The notes under the pieces are model-generated. The model had not been told where the DNA came from, searched no databases, and saw only the letters and a program-made list of their open reading frames with translations. DNA of 64,000 nucleotides, from NCBI RefSeq assembly GCF_006345805.1, contig NC_043022.1:4092001-4156000 (forward strand), read 5' to 3'. Shown here piece by piece: positions 11,705-23,402 of this stretch; positions within the stretch are counted from its first letter, which is position 1; the number at the start of each line of letters is the position of its first letter. This DNA is from Octopus sinensis. Its lineage: Eukaryota. The position numbers and the translations under genes were made by a program.

Positions 11705-13473
11705 ATAGCGTTTTTACTCTTATGGAATTCCTTATTGCAGGGTGTGGCATCTGGTCCAGGACTGATAGGTCTCTGGCACTCATCCTCATTACTATCAGAG
11801 TCTTTTTCATAGTGAGAATCTGTGGGGATCTGCTCAGGGGCTAAAGGTTGCGAATGGGCAGACTGAGGAGGCAGTGCCAAAGACATATCTTTGGTATCCA
11901 AACATTTGGGGTTCAACTCATGAGGCAGGTTTTGAGGATGAGTTTTCGGAGATGGCGGAATTGGTTTCAGCTGATAGTCTTCTGGTTCTTTCTTGATTTC
12001 CACGTTGCCAGCAGTCGGATGGGTCTGAGCTAGAGGTGGCACAATGTACTGCTGCAGAGGCGGAGGCGCAGAATGAGACTGGCTGTGAGGAGGTAACGAT
12101 GAGTGATGCTTCTGTGAGATTTGAGGATGAGACTGCGGCGGCGGAGGTCCGAGAGAAGAATGTGAGGGGTGTGGCGGGGGCTGGCTTTGATCCAGAATGG
12201 AGTGATGGTGATGTGAGGAGAGAGTTTGTTGGGGGCCACCGTTGGATGGCGGAGAGGGAGGCTGGTGACGAGATGATGGATGTGGATGGTGTTGTTGTTG
12301 TTGTGAAGGCTGGTTTGGGCCCTGTGACAAGTGAGAAGGCATCTGCATTGATGTAGGAGGCGGTTGATGCAGAGGCTGGTGCATTGAGAGATGATGAGGG
12401 GGAGGAGCCACCTGCTGCTGTTGTTGTTGTTGTTGCTGTTGTTGTTGTTGGTGATGGTGGTGTGGTGGTTGTGGCTGTTGTTGCTGCTGTTGCTGTTGTT
12501 GTTGTTGTTGCTGTTGGCTTTGTTGCAGATGAGGCTGCGGTGCTGAGTGCATGTTAGGAGTCTGTTGAGAAGGATGCAACATGATGTTTGAGGATTGTGA
12601 AGCTTGAGACGATGGAGGGGGAGGAGGAGGCGGATGTAACGAGTGTGGAAAGGGGTAGCGGTCCATAGGGGGGTACTCCCAGCGTTGGGGAGGTTCTGGC
12701 GCAGCAACGGGAGAATCGATCTCCTGCTTGATCTGCATCGGGGGTGCAGGCAGAGATAGTGAATGAAGGGGAGAGAGGGGCAAGGCAGCAGACATGTGGC
12801 CCGGGGCTGCGCTCGATGGAGGAGGGTGGTGGTGGTGATGCTGTGATAGGGGCCATGACAGAGATGGTGGGGGCGGCGGTGGAGGCGGAGTGTTCTCGAC
12901 AATGTCCCTCGGCTCTTGTTTGATCTCAACGAGCGGAGCTTCAGGTAAAACTTGCTGTCGTTGGGAAATAAACTCTTCCTCTTCTTCCTCCTCCTCTTGC
13001 TGAAGTGGCGGAGGTGGAGAATGAGCCGTTTGCAGAGGGGGTGGTGCCACGGGTGGCTGTGACTGTGGCGGAAGTTGTGTCTGTGGTTGCAGCAGAGATG
13101 AAGATGACTGTTGCTGCTGCTGCTGTTGCTGAGGTGGTGGTGGTGGCAGTTGTGGTTGTAGTTGTTGTTGCTGTTGTTGTTGATGTTGTTGCTGCTGCTG
13201 CTGTTGTTGTTGTTGTTGTGGAGGTGGCGGAGGAGGAGGTGGTGGTGGCGGTGACGGTGTCTGTTGTGGCAGAGATGACGGAGGAGGTGCCGCTGTCTGT
13301 GGTTGAGGAACTGGGCACTCAGTAGGCACTGATGGGGGACGAGTCTCTCCCCTTGGGGTTGCAGTAGATGAAGGGGAAATGGTTGCAGGTAGCTGAGAAG
13401 ACAACTGAGGTTTGCACACCAAGTTATCTGCAGGGCTTGGCGTACTTGGGGGTGAATTTGAACTCAAATCATC
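11705..13473 (-). CDS. RERE: Atrophin/RERE large Pro/Gln/His/Ser-rich exon (589 codons + 2 nt) with polyQ/polyP tracts, ending SPGPDATPCNKEFHKSKNA
   Basis: Corresponds to ORF 11701..13467. Acceptor tcttcttttctttccag|GATGAT and donor GCTAT|gtaagt. Phase 0 to 2. The end matches the atrophin-domain entry (RERE PSPEPTVVDTPSHASQSA). Confidence 0.95.
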
Positions 13474-13500
13474 CTGGAAAGAAAAGAAGACAACAGCAAA

Positions 13501-14040
13501 TTAAGCCATGTACAGGTAAAACATACATTAATGTATGTACAGGTAAAACACATTAAGGTGTATACAGGTAAAACTTTCTTTAAGGTATGTACAGGTAAAA
13601 CACATTAAGGTGTATACAGGTAAAACTTTCTTTAAGGTATGTACAGGTAAAAACACATGTTAAGGTGAGTACAGGTAAAACACACATTGAAGAAAGTATA
13701 AGTAAATTACATATTAAGGTGTGTACAGATAAAATACATGTTAAGGTGTACAGGTAAAACACATTAAGGTATGTACAGGTAAAATGCATTTTAAGGTATG
13801 TACATGTATGTATAGGTAAAACACACAAAGCCGTGCACAGGTAAAACACACATTAAGGTGTGTACAGGTAACATACACATCAAGGCGTGTACAGGTAAAA
13901 TACACATTAAGCTGTGTGCAGATAAAACATACATTAAGCTGTGTACAGGTAAAACACACATTGACCCATGTACAAGTAAAACACACATTAAACCGTGTAC
14001 AGGTAAAAATTCAGATGTGTACAGGCAAAACACCCAAAGA
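13501..14040. repeat. ~25-27-bp minisatellite (TGTGTACAGGTAAAACACACATTAAGG), about 20 degenerate units
   Basis: Fills most of the 646-nt RERE intron 13474-14119. Confidence 0.95.
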
Positions 14041-14119
14041 GGTGAATGAATTAAGGTAAGTCAGAAAGATTAAGTTTATAAATGAAAGAAAGGCAGGTAT
14101 AAAAGCTAGAGATTCTTAC

Positions 14120-14209
14120 CTGGTTATTTTCAATATCACCTTCATTTCCATTCTCTTCATTTCCAGAGATACTACTGCTGTCAGAAACTGATTCGGAATC
14201 TGAAGGACC
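14120..14209 (-). CDS. RERE: Atrophin/RERE exon, acidic/Ser-rich (GPSDSESVSDSSSISGNEENGNEGDIENNQ)
   Basis: Acceptor ttttattgacacag|GGT and donor CAG|gtaaga. 90 nt, phase 0 to 0. Positionally equivalent to the RERE SEGEGESSDSRS...KDIDQ exon. Confidence 0.85.
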
Positions 14210-14894
14210 CTGTGTCAATAAAATAGTGCAGGAGATAAGAAGAAGGCTTCCAAATGTTGGCACAAGGCCAGCAGTTTCAATATTATGCTGACCCTAATAG
14301 GGAACTGGTACTTATTCTATGAATCCCCGAAAGGGTGAATGGTAAAGTTGACTTCAGCAGAATTTGAACTCAGAATATAAGGACGGACAAAATGATGCTG
14401 AACATTTTACCTGGTATGTTAATTCTTCCAGCTTGCCACCTTAATAATAATAATAATAATCCTTTCTACTAAAGGCACAAGGCCTGAAATTCGGTGTGTG
14501 TGTGTGGGGGGGTAGTCGATTACATCGACCCCCACCAAAAGGATAAAAGGCAAAGTTGGCCTCAGCAAAATTTTGAACTCAGAACGTAGTGACGGATGAA
14601 CAGAGTCATTTTACGAGTTCTCTTTTGGAGTTAAGAGTCAGTTATGAGTTATAGTCAAGGTAGACAGTTCAAATTCGGTGTCTTGCAGAGCTATCAGTGA
14701 CAGCATGGTAGATGAAGCAGTGTATTACCATTCCGGTATAGAAGAGAGATACACTGAATCCGATACGAGGAAAATATCATGGCTACTAGAGTAGATACAA
14801 AAGCTACAGTCACAACAGAGGCCACACATTATAATTGTGGATAACACCACATCATAACAATTTTTAACAAAAATAAACTTTCCAGGTGTTTCAT

Positions 14895-15655
14895 TTAAGC
14901 CTTTTCACACCATATTTCTGTTGAAACACAGCCTTTGTTTCAATTCATTTTGAAAATTACTAAGAAATTAGTAAAGATGGTGTTTGGAACATAAACCAAA
15001 ATGGAATTTTTATGGAAGATTTTAATTTAGACCCCCTTTAAAATGGAGTTTGTGTCAGAAGACCAAGATCAATCTCAAAGGGGTTGGTGTCAAAAGGGTT
15101 AATTTTGAAAATAATCATGAATTTGGAAGGCTTTAGTATAATAAGTTGACCATTGTGGAAGCACTCTGTCGGTTATGACGACGAGGGTTCCGGTTGATCC
15201 GAATCAACGGAACAGCCTGCTCGTGAAATTAACGTGTAAGTGGCTGAGCACTCCACAGACACGTGTACCCTTAATGTAGTTCTCGGGGATATTCAGCGTG
15301 ACACAGAGAGTGACAAGGCCGGCCCTTTGAAATACAACAGAAACAGGAAGTAAGAGTGAGAGAAAGTTGTGGTGAAAGAGTACAGCAGGGATCACCACCA
15401 TCCCCTGCCGGAGCCTCGTGGAACTTTTAGGTGTTTTCGCTCAATAAACACTCACAACACCTGGTCTGGAAATCGAAACCGCGATCCTATGACCGCGAGT
15501 CCGCTGCCCTAACCACTGGGCCATTGCGCTTCCACAAGTTGACCATTATTAAGCTGGTGTTTAGAACAGGACAATGAATATAATGAAAGGTTTTCAGAAG
15601 TTCTGTATCCAAAAACCACAGGTGATTTCAGGTGGGATGGTATTAAAAGGGTTCG
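14895..15655. mobile_element. Two degenerate family-E-like MITEs; the second is interrupted by SINE-C
   Basis: CAAAAGGGTTAA at about 15091-15102 and AAAAGGGTT at about 15645. The family-E body continues across the SINE-C target-site duplication. Confidence 0.55.
15155..15535 (-). mobile_element. SINE family C (tRNA-Arg-like head), full length
   Basis: Head GGAAGCGCAATGGCCCAGTGG...GGTTTCGATTTCC. 12-bp TSD AAGTTGACCATT at 15143-15154 and 15536-15547. Confidence 0.9.
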
Positions 15656-15815
15656 ATAAAAATGTCTGATCTCTTACTGATGAGAAGAATGGCAGACACC
15701 CTATTTAATACTGGTCTCAGAAATATTTTGCTATTTAAAATCCCCGCTTCAAAAATTTTTCAATGAAAATTGTCGAATGACCATCCCTAAGGAAGCAAAC
15801 GACATGTCAACGTAC

Positions 15816-15902
15816 CTGAGGCTTCTTTTTCTTGGAAAATTTGTCAGTTTCCAAATGATGCTGTCTTTTGCGACTTTTAACAGGACTCTCTGATGTGCCC
15901 TT
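15816..15902 (-). CDS. RERE: Atrophin/RERE exon, basic NLS-like (KGTSESPVKSRKRQHHLETDKFSKKKKPQ)
   Basis: Acceptor cctttgcattcag|AAG and donor CAG|gtacgt. 87 nt, phase 0 to 0. Resembles RERE SSPLKSNKRQ...SKKTKTQ. Confidence 0.85.
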
Positions 15903-16428
15903 CTGAATGCAAAGGAAAGACGTTTGAAAAGAAAAAAAAAACCCAACAAAAACAATATAAAACAGAAGAAATAGCAAAACAAAGGAAGTCTTTATATAAT
16001 AACACAAGAGTATTTTAAATGATTGGGTTTAATGGGAATTGTCTGAGCAGACAAGTGGTGCTGGTTGTTATGTCAGCCACTAGATACTACCTACAAAGCG
16101 ATTGTTTCTGGTTAACCAACAGGATGATGGCATTGGCTTCTCTCATGAATCAGTCAATCATTGGTGATAATTTATCTACTCTGACGATAAATAATCTGGG
16201 CTGCAACAAGCTGTGACATGTTCTCCAGCTCCAACTTTGCTGCATTGGCCACAAACTTGGGTATCGCCACCCATAACACAGTGGGGAGAAAATATAAAAC
16301 TCCTTATCTCAGAAATATAGAACTGTATTATCCTATCGGTAAGAAGCCGACAAGGTGTCAATGGAGGTTTATAAGCCTTAAAAATTCACTCTGATTATGC
16401 TATGCCCTTAGGCATAGCATAATGGATA

Positions 16429-16773
16429 GGGTAAAGGGTAAAGACCCCCTTCAGTCATAAACGACCATGGGATTGCCCCTAGAAAGTTCCCCTCCAAAGC
16501 ACAAGGCAAGGTTGTTTATGGAAGACCAGCTGTTGCCCATGCATACCAGCTCCCCTCTCCGTGCCACTGATGTTATCCAAGGGAAAGGCAAAGGGGCCGA
16601 TAGAACTCGGCACCAGTGTCGTCACAACTCACTTCTACAGCTGAGCGAACTGAAAGCAACATGAAATAAAGTGTCTTGCTCAAGAAAACCACACACAGCC
16701 TGGTTTGGGAATTGAAATCACTACCTCATGACTGTGAGCCTGATGCTCTAACCACTGAGTCATGTGCCTTCAC
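16429..16773 (-). mobile_element. SINE family H
   Basis: As above; possible TSD TGGATA(A)GGGT. Confidence 0.85.
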
Positions 16774-17511
16774 CACAGTGGATAAGGGTGCTAATTAATG
16801 CAAAGCAGTGACCTAGAGATTCTGAGTTCAATCACAGGCAAGGCACCAATGTGAATCAGAATACACCTGAAGAAGGGCTGGAGCATACAACAGCCGAAAT
16901 GTAAGGAAAAGCAACAAGGAAGATGAGGATGCCACTCAGACCAATATATAATATGAAAAATCCTCATCTCAGAAATACATGATTGTATTGCTCTGTAAAG
17001 GATCATGGAAACTGCCTTTCCCTTTTGGAGGATAAAGAAAAAAATGGAGAGGGAGGTTGGTGACTACCATAGCCAACATTCCCTAATTGTGGTTTCAATT
17101 CCTGGACCATGCGATGTGGTATGGTCTTGAGGAAAACACTTCATTTCATATTACTCCAGTCCACTCAGCTGACAAAAATGAGTACCACCAAATGGAGGTG
17201 CATTGCTTAGGGGTCAGGGTGGTTTCAATCCCTGGAACAGGCAATCTATTGTGTTTCTGAGCAAAACCATTCCCCATTGTTCTAGTTCACTCAGCAATAG
17301 AAATGGGTTTGGCCTGGAGAGAGAGATGGGCTCCACCAAGCTTTTTGGCCCAAGATGTGCTGCATCGCTGCAGCACCTTAACGAAGACCCCTAAAGGGTT
17401 AAGGGATTTGTCCAAGATTTTTTTAAGCCTCGACTGAACAAGAGAAGCCGGGGTTCAATGTGGAGAGAGAGAGAGAGGGAGAGGATGGCAGTGAGACAAG
17501 TTGATACTCAC

Positions 17512-17697
17512 CCTAAGTCTTGTAGTTGCTGTTGTAGTCTTTTTGTCACGGTCAGTGCTACTGTTACTACAGGTACTGACCGTGCTGGGAGATTTGCGAC
17601 CAGTTATCTTTTGGGAACTCGACGAACTGTTGAGAGGACTATCAATATTATCTGGGCTACTAGTACTGTGGCGGTCCTTTTTCTTGCTTTTACCAGC
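17512..17697 (-). CDS. RERE: Atrophin/RERE exon, Ser/Thr-rich (AGKSKKKDRH...GRKSPSTVSTCSNSS...TTRLR)
   Basis: Lies inside ORF 17455..17805. Acceptor tcgttgcag|GCT and donor AGG|gtgagt. 186 nt, phase 0 to 0. GRKSPSTVSTCSNSS resembles RERE GRNSPSAASTSSNDS. Confidence 0.88.
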
Positions 17698-17842
17698 CTG
17701 CAACGACACAAATGTAAACAAATCTGATTGATATAGGGTCCGTGACTGGGGAGCAAACAGCACTTGTTTGATCAAAATCAATCCCTGACAGATAAAAAAG
17801 GGCAAAGTTGGTTGCCATGGGATTTGAGCTTAAAATATAGAG

Positions 17843-18314
17843 CACGGGTTCTCAACCATTTTTTGCTTGTGGCCCCCTTTGTTTTCTATTTTATTCTAAT
17901 TGACCCCATAGCCATTTGAAGATTAAAAAAACAAAAACAAAAAACCCATTATATTTTGATAATTAATTATTGGTATCAAACTTTGGCCCAAGGCAAGAAA
18001 TTTTAGGGAGGGGCTAAGTTGATCACATTGACCTAGGGGCTCAACTGATGCTTATTTTGTTGACCCTGAAGAGATGCATGGCAAAGTCAACCTCGGCATA
18101 ATTTGAACTCAGAACTAAAGACAGATGAAATACCACCAAGCATCCTGGCCACTTGCCACCCTTTTGTAGTGGAATATTAGAAACTGTATAAAAGAAAATT
18201 GCTGAAATATTTTGTTTATCGTAGAAGAATAACCAATATGTTGCAGATAAATTTTAACAACAAAATCTCATGTGAACCCCTGAGGGCCACATGGACCCTG
18301 ATTGAGAGCCATTG
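17843..18314. mobile_element. hAT-like MITE with a nested SINE-A fragment
   Basis: TIRs CACGGGTTCTCAAC / ATTGAGAGCCATTG. 8-bp flanks ATATAGAG / ATGTAGAA (6/8), resembling the NTCTAGAN target of Charlie-type hAT elements. Confidence 0.6.
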
Positions 18315-18646
18315 ATGTAGAAGAATGCAGTGAAATTCTTCAAGGTATTTTGTCTAGCAATTGACATAGACTTAAAAAAACAAAAATGTTTTCAAGATCA
18401 GCACAAGGCCAGTAATTTTGAGAGGAGGGGCTGGTCGATTACATCAGCTCAGTACTGGCTTCCACACTCCTTCATACTGACGTTACCCCAAATACTTAAC
18501 TGGTATTTTATCTTAGAGACCTCAGAGCGATGAAGGGTAAAGTTAACAACCCCAGTAGAATTTGACCCCAGAACATGAAACCCAGGCCAAATACTTCCTG
18601 GCCGTTTAGAAGCACCAAAGTGAAAAAGAGGAACAGAATTACTCAC

Positions 18647-18846
18647 AGATTCTCGGCTGCGCCTTGTGCGCATATTGTGTTTGCCGTTAATGGTTTCGTC
18701 CTCTTGGACTGGCTTGAAAAGAAATGGCGGAGGATCAGGCGGACTATCCACTACAGGTCTATCTTCACCATACTTTTTGAAAAACAAACGGCAGTCAGTG
18801 CACAGGAGTGCTTTATCCTTGCCTGCATGGTGCCAGTCCTTGGACG
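18647..18846 (-). CDS. RERE: Atrophin/RERE exon: second half of GATA zinc finger ([28 protein letters not shown]...PPPFLFKPV...[13 protein letters not shown])
   Basis: Lies inside ORF 18449..18895. Acceptor tgtctttcag|CG and donor TCT|gtgagt. 200 nt, phase 1 to 0. Strong match to RERE SKDWHHGG...LLCTDCR...KKYGE...PPPFMFKPV...GKHSMRTRRSR. Confidence 0.96.
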
Positions 18847-20289
18847 CTGAAAGACAAAAGGAAAGAAAATTTACATTCAAGACATTCATCAACAAAATAC
18901 AACTGAGAATAAACTTTTATGGAATGAAATGACATTTAAACTGGTCATATCCAACCTCTTACACCAACCCTACAATGCCATTCTAAAAATACATAATCAT
19001 CATCATTTAATGTTCTTTGTCCATGGGTTGGACAGTTTGACAAGGGTTGCGCCATATTCCAGTTTGATTTGCCAGGGTCTCTACGGTTGGGTGCTCTTCC
19101 TAATGTCAACCACTCCGAGAGTGTAATGGGTGTGTTTACATACCACTGGCACAAGTGCCAGTTGTGTGACACCAGTGTCTGCCACAAATATGATTCCACT
19201 TGGCTTGCTGGGTCTTCTACTCAAGCACAGCATATTGCCGAAGGTCTCGGTCATTTGTGAGGCCCAACACTCAAAAGGTGCTTTTTACATGTCACTGGCA
19301 CAGGTGCCAGTTACGTGACACTCAAAGTCATGAGATAATCCAGGATTAGTTGAAAACAATGTGAAGAAATAAGCATTACATTTGACAGAGTGATCTGAAT
19401 GCCAAAGGGTTAAACAGGCCATATCCAGCCCAGATATCCTTTCTGTTTCATGTTCAAACTGGCCAGATCCAGCCTCTTACACCTACCCTACAATGTCGTT
19501 ATAAAAATAAACAATCACATTATTGAAATCTTAAAGCTATGAGGCACTCTTTTACTCATTCCAGCCATGCGGCTGCAGTCATACTGGAGCACCAACGTAG
19601 GATAATGCATGATTAATTCAAAGTGTTCGATCAGCCTGGGGCCATAGTAGAAGACACTTACCCAAGGTGCCACTCAGTGGGACTGAACCCAGAACCATGT
19701 GGTTGGGAAGCAAGCTTCTTACCACACAGCTACAACTGCATCTAACGCTAAGTGGTCAGTCAACATTACTATGTAAGGAGTATAGGGTCAGTTTCTTGGT
19801 TTCTCAGGGGTATATAGTCCTCCCTGGACAGGACACCAGTCTGTCCCAGGATGACTCATTTTTGCCAGCTGGACTGGAGCAATGTGAAATGAAGTGTCTT
19901 GCTCAAGAACACAGTGCATTACCCAGTCCAGGAATTGAAACCGCAATCTTATGACCATGAGTTCAACACACAAACCATGAAGCCATGTGCCTCCACTATC
20001 ATAATATCAATCACAAATTTTGGCAAAATTTCTGGGGAGGGTGTAAGTTGATGACATTGACCTCAGTACGCAACTGGTATTTTATCAACCCCAAAAAGAT
20101 GAAAGGCAAAGCTGACCTTGGCGGAATTTGAACAAGGAAGGCAAAACCAGACGAAATGCCGCTAAGCATTTTGTTTGACGCACTCACGATTCCCCCAGCT
20201 CACTGTTTTAGTATTTACTATGATATCAACAAATGATTATTTCGTGAGAGAGAAGCATTGTGGTGAAGGAGAAATCAAAGGTGACTTAC

Positions 20290-20385
20290 TAGTAGTAAAG
20301 CAGCGTCTACATGAGTAGCCGCTCAAGTCGCGCCCTTCGCTGTCATCTGAGTCATTATCAGATATTTCACTAGCAGAACTGAGAT
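20290..20385 (-). CDS. RERE: Atrophin/RERE exon: acidic linker and first half of GATA-type zinc finger (YLSSASEISDNDSDDSEGRDLSGYSCRRCFTT)
   Basis: Too short for the ORF track; read by hand. Acceptor ttcttcttcag|AT and donor ACTA|gtaagt. 96 nt, phase 1 to 1. Matches RERE LSSASE...GYACRHCFTT. Confidence 0.93.
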
Positions 20386-21454
20386 CTGAAGAAGAAAATC
20401 AAAGACAAACACTTTACAATTCAGCAATATTCAATTTTCAAAATATAAACGTTTGCAGCGTATTAGCTATTTTTCAATGTTCCTTGACCATCTGATTCAG
20501 ACACATTTTTTTTTTCCCCCCTCACTTCATCAATTACTTCTGAAGAAGAGCATAAACTCAAAACATTTTTCCACTGTTTTCTCAGCATAAACCTGATACA
20601 TTCCATTTGCTGTTCTTCTACTTCATCTTTAGATTTTTTTTTTTTTTGTATGTTTGTGGACAATATTAACCATTATCCAGAAATCTTCCATCACACATCT
20701 GTGACCTTTTCAGAGACACTTTCCATCCTTGCGTGTGCACCTGCTCCACTTAATTCATTCTATGAATGAACTAAACAGGACCAAGCAGAGCAGGAGAACA
20801 TGAGAATAGAAAGGGTCGCCGAAAAGGTTACAGATTAACCATTATACTTCACTTAAACATTTACCAATAGCTATATGGTGTCAAAATTTTGGCCCCATCA
20901 CTGCAGCGCATCTTTGTCAACGATCAGATTACAGTTGGTATAACAAATATTCTGACACCATATAACCAATATCTGTTAAAGTGAAGTTAACTGCCTTCAG
21001 GCATTTTTAATAGTTAAAATGTCTTTTTCCATGCTGTAACCATATCAGCTTCAACACATGGTCTCGCATCAAATAACTTGTCTAGTCAACTGCAGCTCTG
21101 AAATTTCAGGGTAAAATTTTCCATCCACAAAAACTTACCACAATACAATAAAACAGGGATTCTACCCCTAGGGATATATCAGAAGGGTTTGTGAATTTTG
21201 TTAACACAACTGATTTAATGCAATTCTTGTGTCTAGAAAATGTGAGAAGCCTTTAGCTGTTCCTATCCACTTATTGTCTTGAAGGAGGGTTTTCCAAGAA
21301 TATTTATAATTAAAAATAAATTTCATGTAAGATTGTCAATTAAGACCTGTTTGAAACAATGCTTATGGTTGAGTTACTTTGTTAGAAAGAGCTAAGTTCA
21401 TCCATCTAATAAAAAAACAAAAAAAAACAAAACAAAGATTCTTAAATTAATTTC

Positions 21455-21688
21455 TTTAACGCTTTCGTTACCAACCCAGCTGAAACAGGTACAAATGAAA
21501 CCGGTAGTACAAATGTCTTGTTTCCAAAAGTTCTGAATTAAAATCTTCCACCAAACCTTAGTCACAATTTATGTTCTTAAACACCAGATGAATGATAGCT
21601 AAGTTATTTTACTAAATTCTTTGTTATATTTAAAATTAACTGAAAGAAACACAGCATCTCAACAGGAATATGGTAACGAAAGGGTTAA
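21455..21688. mobile_element. piggyBac-like MITE family E (full length)
   Basis: TTAACGCTTTCGTTACC ... GGTAACGAAAGGGTTAA. Confidence 0.8.
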
Positions 21689-22466
21689 GAAGGAACAGGG
21701 CCAGAAATATTGGAGGAATGTTTGATTATAGTGGCCCCAGTACATGACTGGTACTTTATTTTACTGACCAGGAAACATGAATTGCCAAATTGCAAAGCTG
21801 ACTAAAGCAATAATAACAAGAACACTCAGAGATTATTTCTGCCAAGGCAATGCCTACGTCCTCTCAACGATTAGCAAGGGGTGATTTTTAAAATGAGAAT
21901 ATCTGGAATAAACTCGATTGTTCTCACAAACAAGAATGCTAAAAATAATCCAGTATCCTTGTCTGCTACCGGATTGATCCCAAAATCTAACCAGTTTGTG
22001 CCAGTCATTAGGCTAAATATCCCTGAAAGTTTTATCTGAATCCATCCAGCGGTTCTCAAGCTGTTTTGTCCATGGATAAACAAACACAACTGAAAACAAT
22101 ACCTCCACCTTCAATAAGGCAGAGATAATAATAATAATAATAATAACCTTTCCTAGTATAGGCAAAAAGCCTGAAATTTTTTGGTGGTGGTGGTCAATTA
22201 CATTGATCTCAGTGCTTAACTGCTTACCGTATATTAGTGGCCCAGCAGAATTTGAACTCTGAACATGAAGACAGATGAAATGTCACTGAACATTTTGTCC
22301 AGCTTGGGAAGCTATGATTAACAGAGATTCACTGCTGAGGGTCAGAAATAAGCTGGTCTCTAACTTCTGAGATTTACTGATTTACTTCAAGACTAAAGCC
22401 ATCTTCTACAATGGAATAATAGAGTAAGAATTTTAAAAATTAAAAAACAAAAGAAGGAAATCTTAC

Positions 22467-22605
22467 AGAATTCACTGGATGGCGGTCTCTGAGATCGTGT
22501 TGTCTGTCTTTTCAAACCACTCTGCCGACGATGTCGTCGATGGGGCCGGGCCGTAATGCCAGCTGGAGTCTTCTTCCAGAAATAGTAGTACTCAACCAGT
22601 TCACC
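22467..22605 (-). CDS. RERE: Atrophin/RERE internal exon: end of SANT domain and basic linker (GELVEYYYFWKKTPAGITARPHRRHRRQSGLKRQTTRSQRPPSSEF)
   Basis: The translation matches the RERE/Atrophin SANT C-terminus as I recall it (GELITFYYYWKKTP...HRRHRRQ...RPPSSEF). Acceptor ttcccccag|GGT and donor TTCT|gtaaga. 139 nt, phase 0 to 1. Confidence 0.95.
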
Positions 22606-22919
22606 CTGGGGAAGAGGAAAGAAAAAAAATATTGAACAAATGAGAAGAGTTTGGCAGGAGACAAGCATTTGTAAATACAGGAAAGTTGATTCATAAAATT
22701 CAAACATGTGAGGGGCCGTAACAGAGAATCAGGATACCATCAGGTCCCATCAATATTTACACATCTAAACATAGGGAACCATGGAACCATTGGGCTCCAC
22801 CACTTGTTTACAAAGGAAGAAAACAGAATCCTTAGAAGTCAGGAGTTTCTTCCCCGTTGTGAATAAATTAAATATTTCTGTTGATGAAGAAAGTGATGTT
22901 ATTCACCAATATTTTCAGT

Positions 22920-23402
22920 CGTGTTTACTCATTTTGACTGCGGCCATGCTGGGGCACAGCCTTTAGTCGAACAAATTGCCCCCAGGACTTATTCTATCGG
23001 TCTCTTTTGCCGAACTACTAAGTTACGGGGACGTAAACACACCAGCATCGGTTGTCAGGCAATGTTGGGACACACACACACACATATATACGACGGGCTT
23101 CTTCCAGTTTCTGCCAAATCCACTCACAAGGCTTCTATAATGTAAAAAGGTATCATATTGCAAAAATAGGGGCAGGTACCCCTTATCAACTGTAGAGGTA
23201 CATACTCCAGGCTTTTGTTCAGGGGACAAACACAGACACACACACATACAATGGGCTTCTTTCAGTTTCTGTCTTCCAAATCAAGGATTTGGTCGGTCCG
23301 AGGCTATAGTAGAAGACACTTGCCCAAGGTGCCATGCACTGGGACTGAAACTGGAACCATGTGGTTGGGAAGCAAGCTTCTTACAGCACAGCCACTCCTG
23401 CA
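22920..23402 (-). mobile_element. SINE family B, rearranged or partly duplicated
   Basis: The family-B middle segment is present twice, separated by about 90 bp of unrelated sequence. Confidence 0.7.

Noticed and set aside
12030-12929. 299-aa alternative-frame ORF, plus several plus-strand ORFs overlapping the large RERE exon
   Set aside because: Pro/Gln/His/Ser codon bias removes stops in shifted and antisense frames; the products are low-complexity shadows.
15204-15401. MVVIPAVLFHH... ORF recurring at 36918, 56138 and 63118
   Set aside because: It lies entirely within SINE-C copies; recurrence reflects the repeat, not a gene family.
15460-15535. tRNA-like sequences at the heads of families B, C and H
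   Set aside because: A/B-box-like motifs are present, but there is no complete cloverleaf, and each continues into a SINE body with a TSD.
20860-20875. Possible 6-nt micro-exon ag|CTATTG|gtaaat
   Set aside because: Weak polypyrimidine tract, and it would give S-I-D rather than the expected L-D; probably chance.
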